A stretch of 61,297 nt of DNA from a virus (lineage: Duplodnaviria > Caudoviricetes), in IMG/VR virus record IMGVR_UViG_3300028802_000015, positions 1 to 61,297 of that record; one strand, written 5' to 3'. The position numbers and the translations under genes are program-made. Under the pieces are notes generated by a model. It searched no databases. It saw only the letters and a program-made list of their open reading frames with translations, and had not been told where the DNA came from. Below, one piece after another: positions 34,959-44,267 of this stretch; positions within the stretch are counted from its first letter, which is position 1, and every line of letters starts with the position of its first letter.

Positions 34959-37598
34959 CTAGAAGTAGGACGCTGCCGCGAGCCTGTTGACTGCCTCCCG
35001 GGCGACCGCCGCCGGGTCCTTGGCGGGGGTGACGATGGTCAGCCCACCGACGTTGATGCTGCGGGAGTTGTTGGTGTTCGTCTCACTGAACGCTGCCTTG
35101 CCCTGGGCGATGGCGGACAGCGAGCGGACCGCGGGGTCCACCAGCCCGAGTGGCCGGTTCAGCGGGACGACTGCTTCGGGCCCGTCCTCACCGATGAGCC
35201 GGGTCTGCGGTCCGACGAACACACCGCCGGACGCGGAGCGTGGTGCGTGCCCTGACATCTTGATGATGTAGGAGGTGGTCACCGACCGGGGGACCTGGTT
35301 CCACTCCCATTGGAGGTCGGCTATGTCATCGAGCGCTGCCTTGCTGCCGACGATGCTGTAGTCGGTCTTGACCGTCGGGGTGACCCCGCGCAGCGACCGG
35401 TTCACGTCGTTCTTGAACTTCTCGAAGTCCGCTGCTGCGGCCCGCAACCTGGGGCCGATCTTCGGCATCCAGCCGAACGCCTTCGCCGCGCCGGTGACGA
35501 ACACACCCACCAGGTCGAGGAACTTGCCGACGATCGACGCGAGCGCGTTGCGGATGGGCTGCACGATGCCCTGCGCACCCGACTTGAGTGCCCGCCACGC
35601 GTCGTCCCCCTTGCGCCCGATGCTGACCAGGTCGCTGATGGTGGACGCGAACGGGATGGACGGCAGCACCGACTTGAGCGCGCCGAACGCGCCGTTCACC
35701 CTGTCGATCGCCACCGACGCCCCGTGCAGACCAGAGGCGAGGCCCCCGAATATCTGCGACGCCAACTTCCGGTTCTCCGGGGTGTCCAGTGCGTTGAAGA
35801 TATCGAGGATGCCGCGGACCGCGTTGCCGACCTCCTTGGCGATCCGCACCCCGTCACCGATCCACTTCTTGATCGCACCGGGGTGGGTGTCGAGGTAGTC
35901 GATGAACTGCTGCACCGATTCGGTCATGCTCTGCAACAGGTCGTTGCCGCCCTCGCGAGCGTCGTCGCTGAACAGGACCTTCCCGATCGCCTCACCGACG
36001 GTGGTGATCAGGTCCCAGAGTTCCTGCGCGGAGTCGGCGGCCCGGGACATGAACCGGACGATCCCTGCCTGACCACCGGCAGAGTTGGCCCACTCGGCGA
36101 ACTCGCTGGTGACACCGGACAGCCAGCCCAGGAAGTCCATCGTGATCGGGGCAAGCCCCCGCAGCAGCCCACCGATCCCGGCGAACACGTTCCTGGCGAC
36201 GGTGCCCATCGTGCGGATCGCGTCAGGGATGAACTGCTGCATCGCCCTGACGAAGGTCCTGAATCCCGGGCTGTTCGACGCCTTGGCGAACTGCCCGATC
36301 ACGTCGCCGATCGCGTCGGACACGTCCTTGATCAGCGGGGTGATGTTCTTGAACGACCCCTCAATGTCATCCGCGGAGTCGGTGATGCCCGCGACGATGC
36401 CGCCAGCGGCGACCGTCTTGAGTTCCTTGAACTGGTCGATCGTCCCCTTGAGGGACTCTTTGAGCCCCTTCTTCATCTTGTCGTCCAGCCCGATGAACGC
36501 CAGGCCCACCGTTGCCAGACCGAACGCGATCGGGGCGAGGAGCCCGCCGAGGACACCGAGCCCAGCGGATAGCGCGAACGACACCGCTGAGCCAAGCGCG
36601 ACGATCGCCCCGACGATGCCGCTGATCAGACCGGCGACCGGGCCGAGGATCAGGATGAGACCGGCTATGGCACCGCCGACGGCGAAGATGTTCCCGGCCA
36701 GTGGGGCGAGTTCCTTGCTGAGCGCACCTAGCCCAGAGAAGCCGCCACCGGCCTGACCGAACACATCCTTGAGCCGCCTCCCCTCGTCGGCCAGCCCACC
36801 GATGCCCCGCACCACTCGGGCGAGGATCTCCACTGGGGCCTGCACGAACGCGCCGAAGAAGTTCAGCAGGTCGTTGCGGGAGCCGCGGCCGAACGCCTTG
36901 CCGACCTTGTTGCCTGCCGTGTCGAGACTGTCACCGAGCCGGTCGAGGACGTTGCGCCCGCTAGTCACTCCGCGCTCAATGTCGCGGAACCACTTCTTGA
37001 GGTGGTCCTTCTGGGAGAACTCCTCGATGTTGTGGGTGACGGTCCGCAGGTGGTGCCCGTAGTCCCTGATCGACTCGGATGCGCCGTCGAACGCGTTGCG
37101 CGCATCGACCTCGATCTCGGCCATGTTGCGGCGGAACTTGCGCTCGAACTCGTCGGCGTCCATGACCTCGGCGAGCGCCTTGTCGATCTGCCCGCGGATG
37201 TTGCCGGGCAGCACCCCGGTGCGGGACAGGCCCTCGGACATGTTCTTGGCGACCTTCTCGCCGACACGCTGAGCGCGCCCGCCGAGTTTGTCGTCGTCCA
37301 GCCCGGCGACGATCCCGCGCTGGATCTTCTCCTCCAAGCCGCGGGCGAGCAGTTGGGTGTCGGCGTCGATCTGCCCGAACGCCCGGTCGATCTTCGCGCG
37401 CAGCCCCTTCTCAAGGTTGCGGTCCTTCTTGTTCTGCGCGTTGAACCCTTCGGTGTACGCCCGGGAGTGCTCCTCGCCCTTGTCCTCGAACACCGGGTCG
37501 AGGTCGTCCATCTCGTCGCGGATGGACTTGGGCAGGCCGGTGCCGTCCGCGAGGATGCGGACGTAGGCGGTGCCGACGGTTTCCCTACCGAACGCCAC
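34959..37598 (-). CDS. Tape measure protein
   Basis: VGTAYVRI start; long Ala/Gly helical body; ASGGVF..IGEDGPEAVVPL. Confidence 0.92.
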   Translation of the reverse strand: MAFGRETVGTAYVRILADGTGLPKSIRDEMDDLDPVFEDKGEEHSRAYTEGFNAQNKKDRNLEKGLRAKIDRAFGQIDADTQLLARGLEEKIQRGIVAGLDDDKLGGRAQRVGEKVAKNMSEGLSRTGVLPGNIRGQIDKALAEVMDADEFERKFRRNMAEIEVDARNAFDGASESIRDYGHHLRTVTHNIEEFSQKDHLKKWFRDIERGVTSGRNVLDRLGDSLDTAGNKVGKAFGRGSRNDLLNFFGAFVQAPVEILARVVRGIGGLADEGRRLKDVFGQAGGGFSGLGALSKELAPLAGNIFAVGGAIAGLILILGPVAGLISGIVGAIVALGSAVSFALSAGLGVLGGLLAPIAFGLATVGLAFIGLDDKMKKGLKESLKGTIDQFKELKTVAAGGIVAGITDSADDIEGSFKNITPLIKDVSDAIGDVIGQFAKASNSPGFRTFVRAMQQFIPDAIRTMGTVARNVFAGIGGLLRGLAPITMDFLGWLSGVTSEFAEWANSAGGQAGIVRFMSRAADSAQELWDLITTVGEAIGKVLFSDDAREGGNDLLQSMTESVQQFIDYLDTHPGAIKKWIGDGVRIAKEVGNAVRGILDIFNALDTPENRKLASQIFGGLASGLHGASVAIDRVNGAFGALKSVLPSIPFASTISDLVSIGRKGDDAWRALKSGAQGIVQPIRNALASIVGKFLDLVGVFVTGAAKAFGWMPKIGPRLRAAAADFEKFKNDVNRSLRGVTPTVKTDYSIVGSKAALDDIADLQWEWNQVPRSVTTSYIIKMSGHAPRSASGGVFVGPQTRLIGEDGPEAVVPLNRPLGLVDPAVRSLSAIAQGKAAFSETNTNNSRSINVGGLTIVTPAKDPAAVAREAVNRLAAASYF

Positions 37599-37887
37599 TT
37601 GCCACTCCTGCCGATCCGGCCTTGCCCATCAGTTCCATGAAGCCCGCGCCCTCGTCCTCGATCTGCGCGGGGGTCGGCTTGCGCACCTCGCCGGGGATGG
37701 GCTCGGTGAGCATCGTCTCCCACTCCTCCCTGCGCTCAGGGTCGATGTGCGCCACGCACCACGCGTAGGTGAGGCTCAGGAAGCGATGGAAGGGCTGGCG
37801 GATGAGGTCGGTTTGCGCGTACGCGGCGTCGATTTCCGCCCACCGTTCCTCCGCGATGAGGCAGAGCCGGAGGACGACTGGGTAGGG
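37585..37887 (-). CDS. Tail assembly chaperone, -1 frameshift extension (GT-like)
   Basis: Start-less 100-codon ORF (PYPVVLRLC...GVR*) in the -1 frame, ending just past the tape measure start. Confidence 0.7.
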   Translation of the reverse strand, partial: PYPVVLRLCLIAEERWAEIDAAYAQTDLIRQPFHRFLSLTYAWCVAHIDPERREEWETMLTEPIPGEVRKPTPAQIEDEGAGFMELMGKAGSAGVASGVR

Positions 37888-38198
37888 CGGCCGGACCAGT
37901 CCTCCATCATCGCCTCGATGATCTCGTAGACCTTCTTGATGCCGAACGGATCGTTGCGGTCCATCAGCCGGGCGATCAGGTGTTCCTTGCTGTCCTGGTC
38001 GAACAGTTCGATGAAGAAGTTGATCGTCGCCCCGGTCCGGTCGTTCTCCGTGGAGTGCCGACCGGTGGACGCCATGTAGAGCATGATCTGCCCGTCGGAC
38101 GGCCGGAAGTAGGTGAGGACCTCACCGTCCAGGGTGAACTGTTCGCCTTCGGTGGGCTCCTCGAAGGCGTCCTCGGCGCTGGTGATGAACTCGCGCAT
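37776..38198 (-). CDS. Tail assembly chaperone (G-like)
   Basis: Position before tape measure; GAGGAGCAAC RBS; SGRPT then low-complexity tail. Confidence 0.8.
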   Translation of the reverse strand: MREFITSAEDAFEEPTEGEQFTLDGEVLTYFRPSDGQIMLYMASTGRHSTENDRTGATINFFIELFDQDSKEHLIARLMDRNDPFGIKKVYEIIEAMMEDWSGRPTQSSSGSASSRRNGGRKSTPRTRKPTSSASPSIAS

Positions 38199-38274
38199 GT
38201 TGCTCCTCTCGTCCAGGGCAGGTTAGGAGAGATGCTCCTGGCTCTCCTACTCCCCCAGCGGCGGGAGGGTACGG

Positions 38275-38287
38275 TTTAGTGACTAAA
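38275..38287. promoter_or_regulatory. 13-bp palindrome TTTAGTGACTAAA (copy 21)
   Basis: Read directly. Confidence 0.9.
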
Positions 38288-38342
38288 CGCAGGGCCCCGA
38301 TGGTGTCCGGGCTGGCGGTCAGCCACCGCCACAGGTCGCCTC

Positions 38343-38906
38343 TCACAGGTCCCTGATCCACGACGGGACCCGGCCGCGGATCGCCCGGTGGTTGTGCTGG
38401 GTCGCTCGCCACGCGCCCATCAGGAAGTTGTTCGGTGCCTGCCCCGCCACCTGGGAGGCGTAGAACGGCTTGCTGCCTTCCGGTGACGGCGGGATGCGCA
38501 TCCAGTGGCCCTTCTTGGGGATGCGGTGCCGCTTGCGTCGCACCCCGGGGATGCGGCGGCGGGTGAACTTCCCGGTCTTGGGGTCGATGGACCCCCACAG
38601 GTACGTGTACGGCTCACCGCCGGACGCCCACCCGGCGGTCGTCATAATCGGCCCGGTGGTGCCCCGCAGCACGAACATCGTGTAGGGCGCGGTGGACTCG
38701 ATCAGGCCCTCGACCTGCCGTGGACCGACCTGGTTGGTGTCGCCGCTGATCCCGTTGGCGAGCCGCCCGGTCCGCTTCGGTGCCCGTTCCTTCGCGTGCA
38801 TCACGAAGTGGGTGGTGACCAGCCCGACCCAGCGGTGCACCATGTGGCCGGGCTTGTAGAGGTCCCGGTCGAACACGACCGTCTTGACCAGGAAGCCGAC
38901 AGCCAC
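38343..38906 (-). CDS. Neck / tail-completion protein (HK97 gp10-like)
   Basis: AKERAPKRTGRLANGI..APYTMFVLRGT..PNNFL. Confidence 0.7.
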   Translation of the reverse strand: MAVGFLVKTVVFDRDLYKPGHMVHRWVGLVTTHFVMHAKERAPKRTGRLANGISGDTNQVGPRQVEGLIESTAPYTMFVLRGTTGPIMTTAGWASGGEPYTYLWGSIDPKTGKFTRRRIPGVRRKRHRIPKKGHWMRIPPSPEGSKPFYASQVAGQAPNNFLMGAWRATQHNHRAIRGRVPSWIRDL

Positions 38907-39392
38907 CTAGACCTCCATGAGCGAGGCGGACCACATGCCGCCGCCGAGCCCACCGGACGGGCCGACCGGCGTGTAGACGCCGAGCCGTATGTCCTTGCTG
39001 GTGGTCACGCAGCACAGGATCGCGCGGCGCATCGTCAGCGCGTCGGCGACCTGTAGTTCGGCGTCGGCGAGCACCTCGGCGGCGGTGGGCGGGTTGCCGT
39101 CCTCGTCGGGTGTGGACACGCACCGGACGATGCCGACCTCCACGTCGAAGCCCAGCAACTTGCCGCAGTTGTCCGCTTCGATCGACGGCTCCCCGAGGGT
39201 CACCGACGGGTACATCGTGATGAGCCGGACCCAGGCCATGCCGCACCGGTCGCCGCAGTCCTGCCCGGCGTAGTCCAGCACCGTCTGCTCGCCGCCGACG
39301 ACACCGCAGAAGCACACGTTGGGCAGCGCGTCCTCGATGATCTGCGCGCACAGACACTCGGCCAGCCGTTCCAGCCGGTCCATGACTCCCAT
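38907..39392 (-). CDS. Putative tail terminator / connector protein
   Basis: Synteny; Cys-rich; GPSGGLGGG motif. Confidence 0.6.
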   Translation of the reverse strand: MGVMDRLERLAECLCAQIIEDALPNVCFCGVVGGEQTVLDYAGQDCGDRCGMAWVRLITMYPSVTLGEPSIEADNCGKLLGFDVEVGIVRCVSTPDEDGNPPTAAEVLADAELQVADALTMRRAILCCVTTSKDIRLGVYTPVGPSGGLGGGMWSASLMEV

Positions 39393-40168
39393 CAGCCACT
39401 CACCCGGGGGGAGCGCAGGTCAGGGGACCACACCCGGGCGGCCTGCCGGATCGGTGTCGGGTTCCACAGCGCGATGAACGCGTCCACCTCGCGGATGCCG
39501 GTCAGCCCGTCGGGGAACGCCCCGCTGTTGACCGTCATGCTGATGCCCTGCCGGGTGATCTGGGTGACCCCGGACGGCAGTCGGCACTTGCCGCCGACGC
39601 ACGCCTTGGCGAACTCCGCGGCCAGGATGCCCGCGGCGTACTGCCCGAGCGCATCGACCGGGTGCGAGTTCAGGTACGTGATCGAGAACGTGCCGATCTC
39701 GCTGTCCGGCAGGGAGAGGTCCTGGCACACCGGCCAGGGGCACGGCCCGGCCCCGACCCACACGACCCGGTTGCCGTCGAGCCGGTAGTCCGTGGGGTCC
39801 ACCACGTCACCGTCGAGCCGGACCTCCTGCAACTCGCCCACCGGGGGCGGGAGGGCGATCTCGCAAAGGGCCTGACACGAGCAGTCGGTGGTGCAGCCGC
39901 ACGAGTTGATCCAGATACCGCTGACCACCTGCGGGAACGGGGTCGTGCCGTACAGCGCCGCCATGTCCCAGTACGCGGGCATCGCGTACGGAGCGGCGCA
40001 GTTGGTCATGCACGGCCGGACCTTCACCGGGCAGCCGCCGACCCGGTAGCCGGTCAACCGGTTCAAGGTGGACGACGCGAGCAGCACCGCCCGGTCCTGC
40101 ACCTCAGGGTCGTAGGCGTCCCAGTCGTCGCCCAGGCACCCCGGGTCCACCGTCCACGGACACGTCAC
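39392..40168 (-). CDS. Head-to-tail adaptor
   Basis: Synteny; CRLPSGVTQITRQGIS..TGIREVD. Confidence 0.75.
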   Translation of the reverse strand: MTCPWTVDPGCLGDDWDAYDPEVQDRAVLLASSTLNRLTGYRVGGCPVKVRPCMTNCAAPYAMPAYWDMAALYGTTPFPQVVSGIWINSCGCTTDCSCQALCEIALPPPVGELQEVRLDGDVVDPTDYRLDGNRVVWVGAGPCPWPVCQDLSLPDSEIGTFSITYLNSHPVDALGQYAAGILAAEFAKACVGGKCRLPSGVTQITRQGISMTVNSGAFPDGLTGIREVDAFIALWNPTPIRQAARVWSPDLRSPRVSG

Positions 40169-40198
40169 GACGGGCTCCTCTCATGCGACAGCCCCGAC

Positions 40199-40211
40199 TT
40201 TAGTGACTAAA
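40199..40211. promoter_or_regulatory. 13-bp palindrome TTTAGTGACTAAA (copy 22), in hairpin 40191-40219 after the major tail gene
   Basis: Read directly. Confidence 0.9.
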
Positions 40212-40233
40212 GCCGGGGCCACCGCTGTTGTGC

Positions 40234-41112
40234 TTAGGCGGCTCCTGCCGCCCAGGCCGAGCCGGTCCAGTGGGCCAGCGACCCGTCGCGGAGCCGGACG
40301 TACTGGCCGGTGGTCCATGCCGTGTTCGGGCTGGCGGTGACGCCGGTCAGGTCGGCCAGCGTCTCGGGACCGTAGGAGTTGGCCGGGGTGTAGGTGCCGG
40401 GCGAACCGGCGTCCGCACCTGTGGCCGGGGTGCCCAGTTCCTCGCCACCGTCCGACGGCTCCGGCGGCGCGACCGACGTGAGCGTGACGAGCAGGTGGTC
40501 GTTGGTGTCGATCGCTTCGAGCAGCGGGCTGGGGACGTTGGTGTCATCGAACACCACGTCGTAGGGTCCGACGCCCCACTGCGACCCGTCCTTGCTGGAC
40601 GCGCCGGAGAGGGTGAAGTTCACCGCGTCATTGCCGATGGTGAAGTCACCGATGATGCCGCCCCGCAGGAACGGGATGAGCATGTAGCCGTACTGCGCCT
40701 CCGCGCCGGGCTCGCACGCGGCGGACGGGACGTTCGACCACACCTCCAACGCGAAGCCCGAGTCGCAGGCGTCCACGGCGGAGTTCATCTTGAAGCCCAC
40801 GGCCTCGTCGGCTGCGTCGAGCACGACCGGCTGGCCGGTCATCAGGTTGTAGAGGTCGGGGTCCACACCGCAGAACGCGACCTCCGCGGTGTAGCCGGTG
40901 AACTGCGGGCACGGCTGGTCGAGGATGCAGATCTTCCCCGCAGCGTTGGTGACGCTGATGGTCGTGCCCTCGTCGGTGTTGGCGGTCAGGCCGACGGTGA
41001 TGAACCCGTCGGAGGTGACCACGGAATCCGGGCCAAGCACCACTGCGCCACAGCCGTCCAGGCGGGTGACGCGCATGACCCGGCCCCGGACAAGGGCGAA
41101 CTTCTTGGGCAT
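40234..41112 (-). CDS. Major tail protein
   Basis: RGRVMRVTRLDGCG..FCGVDPDL..FALEVW; synteny. Confidence 0.85.
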   Translation of the reverse strand: MPKKFALVRGRVMRVTRLDGCGAVVLGPDSVVTSDGFITVGLTANTDEGTTISVTNAAGKICILDQPCPQFTGYTAEVAFCGVDPDLYNLMTGQPVVLDAADEAVGFKMNSAVDACDSGFALEVWSNVPSAACEPGAEAQYGYMLIPFLRGGIIGDFTIGNDAVNFTLSGASSKDGSQWGVGPYDVVFDDTNVPSPLLEAIDTNDHLLVTLTSVAPPEPSDGGEELGTPATGADAGSPGTYTPANSYGPETLADLTGVTASPNTAWTTGQYVRLRDGSLAHWTGSAWAAGAA

Positions 41113-41128
41113 GTCGCTCTCCTACTCG

Positions 41129-41323
41129 TCAGGGCACTGTGGGTTCGCAGCCGTAGTCAACCCCGGCTGTGTCGGCTATGTCCCGTGGCACCACGAAGGC
41201 ACCGGAGACCGTACGGACTTCACTGGCGTCGCGGTCCATTTCCTCGGCCGCGGCCAACAGCAGGGTCGCTGTGTCCTGGGAGTCGGTGCCCCAGGGGATC
41301 TCGACCAGCGGCTCACTCATCAC
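41129..41323 (-). CDS. Small virion-region protein
   Basis: ATLLLAAAEE..VRT..GAFVVP. Confidence 0.7.
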   Translation of the reverse strand: MMSEPLVEIPWGTDSQDTATLLLAAAEEMDRDASEVRTVSGAFVVPRDIADTAGVDYGCEPTVP

Positions 41324-42135
41324 GCCACCTTCACTTGGACTGCTGCGACATAGCCGTCCACAGCAGCCACGTAGGCGCGCTCCGCGAGCACGTACACATC
41401 GTTGGTGGCGCGGTCGAGTTCGGCCTGCGAGAACACGTCGCTGCGGGCGACCGCGATCTCACCGGTGGCGAACATCCACTCGACACCCGCGGCCGGGGCG
41501 GCACCGGAAGGACCGGTGTTGGGGCAGCCGTAGCCGCCGCCCGCCGCGACCCTGGTCCCCAGTTTGGTGAGCAGCCGGTCGCCCTCGCGGACCACCGACC
41601 CCTGCACCCCGGTCAGCAGCGACGCCACCGCGCGGGACGCGTGGATGATCCCGGCACCGGCGTAGTTGCAGGCGATCGCACCTTCGAGCAGCGCCAACGC
41701 GACAGCCGGGGTCGCCGCACCCCCAGCGGGGGTCACGTCGTCCACGTCGTCCCACTCGGAGCCATCGATGAACCGGGTGGTCATCAGCGCCCGCTCGACG
41801 CCGACCGACTCCATCGCCAGGAACGCGTCCCGGGTCTTGGTTTCCGCCTCGGCCATGTCGAAGCCGGGCCCCTTGCAGGTGACCCCGCCGTACACGGCGA
41901 ACCGGATGCCGTCGATCCACGACGACGGGTTGAAGTCCTTCGTGGTGGGTGCACCGGGCGGGCACGGCCACACGGGCACCGAGTCCAGCCGCAGCGTGTT
42001 GTACGACTCCGCGAGGCCCTCGGGCTCCATGAAGCCCATGCCCTCGGTGACATGCACCAGGTCGAGCAGGCCGCCGACAGCCTTCGTCGGTGCCGGGAAC
42101 GAGAACGCCGGTGGGCGGACCATCATCTCCGTCAT
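41320..42135 (-). CDS. Second capsid-type protein (probable pentamer/minor capsid)
   Basis: Follows the major capsid gene; RATNDVYVLAERAYV. Confidence 0.65.
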   Translation of the reverse strand: MTEMMVRPPAFSFPAPTKAVGGLLDLVHVTEGMGFMEPEGLAESYNTLRLDSVPVWPCPPGAPTTKDFNPSSWIDGIRFAVYGGVTCKGPGFDMAEAETKTRDAFLAMESVGVERALMTTRFIDGSEWDDVDDVTPAGGAATPAVALALLEGAIACNYAGAGIIHASRAVASLLTGVQGSVVREGDRLLTKLGTRVAAGGGYGCPNTGPSGAAPAAGVEWMFATGEIAVARSDVFSQAELDRATNDVYVLAERAYVAAVDGYVAAVQVKVA

Positions 42136-42199
42136 GCGCCACCTCCTCTCGTCAGGTCAGGGGGACCGGGGCGCGCAGCCGGTCCCCCTGCCTCACGGA

Positions 42200-43840
42200 T
42201 TAGGCGCAGGTCAGGTTGGCCGCGCCGACCCGACCGGCGTTGCAGACGGGCAACGTGACCAGTGCGGCCTCGTTGCACATCTTGGCGACCAGGACGCCCT
42301 CCTCGAAGAACAGGGCGGTGTAGACGTTGGTCGCGAGGCTCGCCGAGTCGTACACGGCGTTGAGGCTGATCACGTCGGACGTGCCCTTGATGAAGGTCCC
42401 GGCCGGGTACATCAGCGCGTTGAACGTGGTGGGGTACGCCACGGCGGGCGGGGCCGCGAGGTCCTGCCAGTCGTAGACGAACTGGACCGCGAGGTTGCGG
42501 GCCGCGAAGTGCGCGGTGATCTGCTGGTCCGTCACGGCGTCCGAGGACGACTGGCCCTGGCGGTTCGCCAGGTCGGAGCGGATCGCACCCTTGGCCCAGA
42601 ACGGGAGCACGACTTCCAGGCTGGCCGACATGCTCATCCGGTACTTCTGCCGGATGCCGTCGGCGATCAGTTCGAGCCCGCCGAGGGTGTCGGACGCGGT
42701 GGACCCGAGCCCGGTGATCACCTTCGCGGCACCGGCCGCGGTCGCCAGCGCGGCGATGACCTTGGCGTTGACCTTGTGCTGGTGGGCGACCATCGAGCCG
42801 GACAGCCAGCGCTGCACGAGTTCCGGGTACGCCACGTTCGTGAGGATCGGGGCCTTGATGCACAGGCCCACCACGTCCAGGCGCACGTCGGTGAACGACG
42901 GGCAGGGGACCTCGTAGCAGGTCTTGGAGGTGCCGCTGATCGCCTGCGCCTCGGTCTGGCTGAACCCGACGTTGGTGTAGATCGTGGAGAAGTCGGGGCC
43001 GGACGTGTAGCGGATGCCGCCACGGGCCACGTTGACCTCGGGCACCGACAGGATGCCCTCGCTGGTCTCCGAGGTGCACAGGTCGTACAGCGTCTCGGAC
43101 GGGGCGCACCAGCCACCGGCGGCGACGAGCGAGTTCCCCGGCAGGCGGGACTCGCTCTGCGCGCGCGACAGGACCTCCATGTCGTCGCTGCCGCGGTCGA
43201 TGGTGAGGTCGCGCGGGAAGTCGAGGCGGAACGTGGCGACGCCGTAGTGGTGCAGGTTCTCCGTCTCGCCGTCACCGGACGGGGTGCCGAACCCGCGCAT
43301 CCGGTTGACCAGGGCGGTGCCGACAGCCTCCATGCCGTCCAGCGCGGACCCGGTGGCGAACTCCGGTACGTCGGCGGCGGCGGTGATGCTGATCGGGTTG
43401 GCCGTGCGGCGCGGGGCCGGGGGCCGGGTGGTGCGGCGGGCGAGTTCCCGCACGTTCGCCGGGCGCGTGGTCGCGCTCGCGGTCGTGGTGTCGCCGGAGC
43501 CACCGCTGTCGCCACCGCTGTCGCCGTCCTCGGCGACCTCCTCGTCGGTGGGCTCGGCGCTCTCGTCGCCCTCGCCCTCACCCTCGGGCTCGGCGGTCGT
43601 GTCGGAGAAGCGGCTGCGCAGCGCCTCGTGGCGCGCGGCGAGTTCTGCGGTCGCGGCCTCGCGGCCCTGCTGCTCGGTGACAGCGGCCTCGATCGCGTCC
43701 GCGTACTGCTCGGCCTGGGTGACCTGCTCGGCGGTCGGCGTCTCGTTCTCGACCAGTGCGCTGAACGCCGAACGCAGACCGGAGACGTACTCGGCCAGTC
43801 GCTCGTCGGACAGTTCCGCGAGGTTGCTGAGGATTTCCAC
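42200..43840 (-). CDS. Major capsid protein with scaffold-like N-terminal extension
   Basis: GTAGGAG RBS then GTG 43840; acidic coiled-coil N-terminus; SLVAAGGWCAPSETLYDL. Confidence 0.88.
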   Translation of the reverse strand: MEILSNLAELSDERLAEYVSGLRSAFSALVENETPTAEQVTQAEQYADAIEAAVTEQQGREAATAELAARHEALRSRFSDTTAEPEGEGEGDESAEPTDEEVAEDGDSGGDSGGSGDTTTASATTRPANVRELARRTTRPPAPRRTANPISITAAADVPEFATGSALDGMEAVGTALVNRMRGFGTPSGDGETENLHHYGVATFRLDFPRDLTIDRGSDDMEVLSRAQSESRLPGNSLVAAGGWCAPSETLYDLCTSETSEGILSVPEVNVARGGIRYTSGPDFSTIYTNVGFSQTEAQAISGTSKTCYEVPCPSFTDVRLDVVGLCIKAPILTNVAYPELVQRWLSGSMVAHQHKVNAKVIAALATAAGAAKVITGLGSTASDTLGGLELIADGIRQKYRMSMSASLEVVLPFWAKGAIRSDLANRQGQSSSDAVTDQQITAHFAARNLAVQFVYDWQDLAAPPAVAYPTTFNALMYPAGTFIKGTSDVISLNAVYDSASLATNVYTALFFEEGVLVAKMCNEAALVTLPVCNAGRVGAANLTCA

Positions 43841-43973
43841 GGTGGCTCCTACGGGGTGGTCCGGGCGTATGGGCGCGCTATGCGCAGCAGATTCACCGGG
43901 CACCAAGGCCGCCGTGATGTTCCTGGCCGGGACCGTACTCCTCGCAGGGGGGTCTGGGAACAGGAGGGTCGGA

Positions 43974-43986
43974 TTTAGTAACTAAA
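43974..43986. promoter_or_regulatory. 13-bp palindrome TTTAGTAACTAAA (copy 23)
   Basis: Read directly; extends to GGATTTAGTAACTAAATCC. Confidence 0.9.
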
Positions 43987-43995
43987 TCCTTGCGC

Positions 43996-44118
43996 TCAGC
44001 CACCGACCATGAGGTGAGCAATCAGGAGGTATGTGCCGTAGAACACCAGCGCAGCGGCGGCTGTCAGACCCAGCAACGCCGCTGCGCTGATGATGACCAA
44101 GGCGATCCCCTTGGCTAT
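43996..44118 (-). CDS. Possible 40-aa membrane peptide (start unclear)
   Basis: IAKGIALVIISAAALLGLTAAAALVFYGTYLLIAHLMVGG*; no ATG start. Confidence 0.35.
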   Translation of the reverse strand: MAKGIALVIISAAALLGLTAAAALVFYGTYLLIAHLMVGG

Positions 44119-44267
44119 CGGGTGACGGCCTTGTATGTCCCGCCCCCGTTGCGGATCTGTGCGGCCCGTGCCTCGACCTCGGTCTTGTAGGTCTTGGTCA
44201 CGCCGTTCGGTGCCTGGTACACGAACGCCGACGGTTGCTGGTTCTTCTTGCCACAGTTGCAGCCCAC
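44115..44267 (-). CDS. Small protein MGCNCGKK... (50 aa)
   Basis: GGAGCA RBS; GTG overlaps upstream stop. Confidence 0.75.
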   Translation of the reverse strand: MGCNCGKKNQQPSAFVYQAPNGVTKTYKTEVEARAAQIRNGGGTYKAVTR

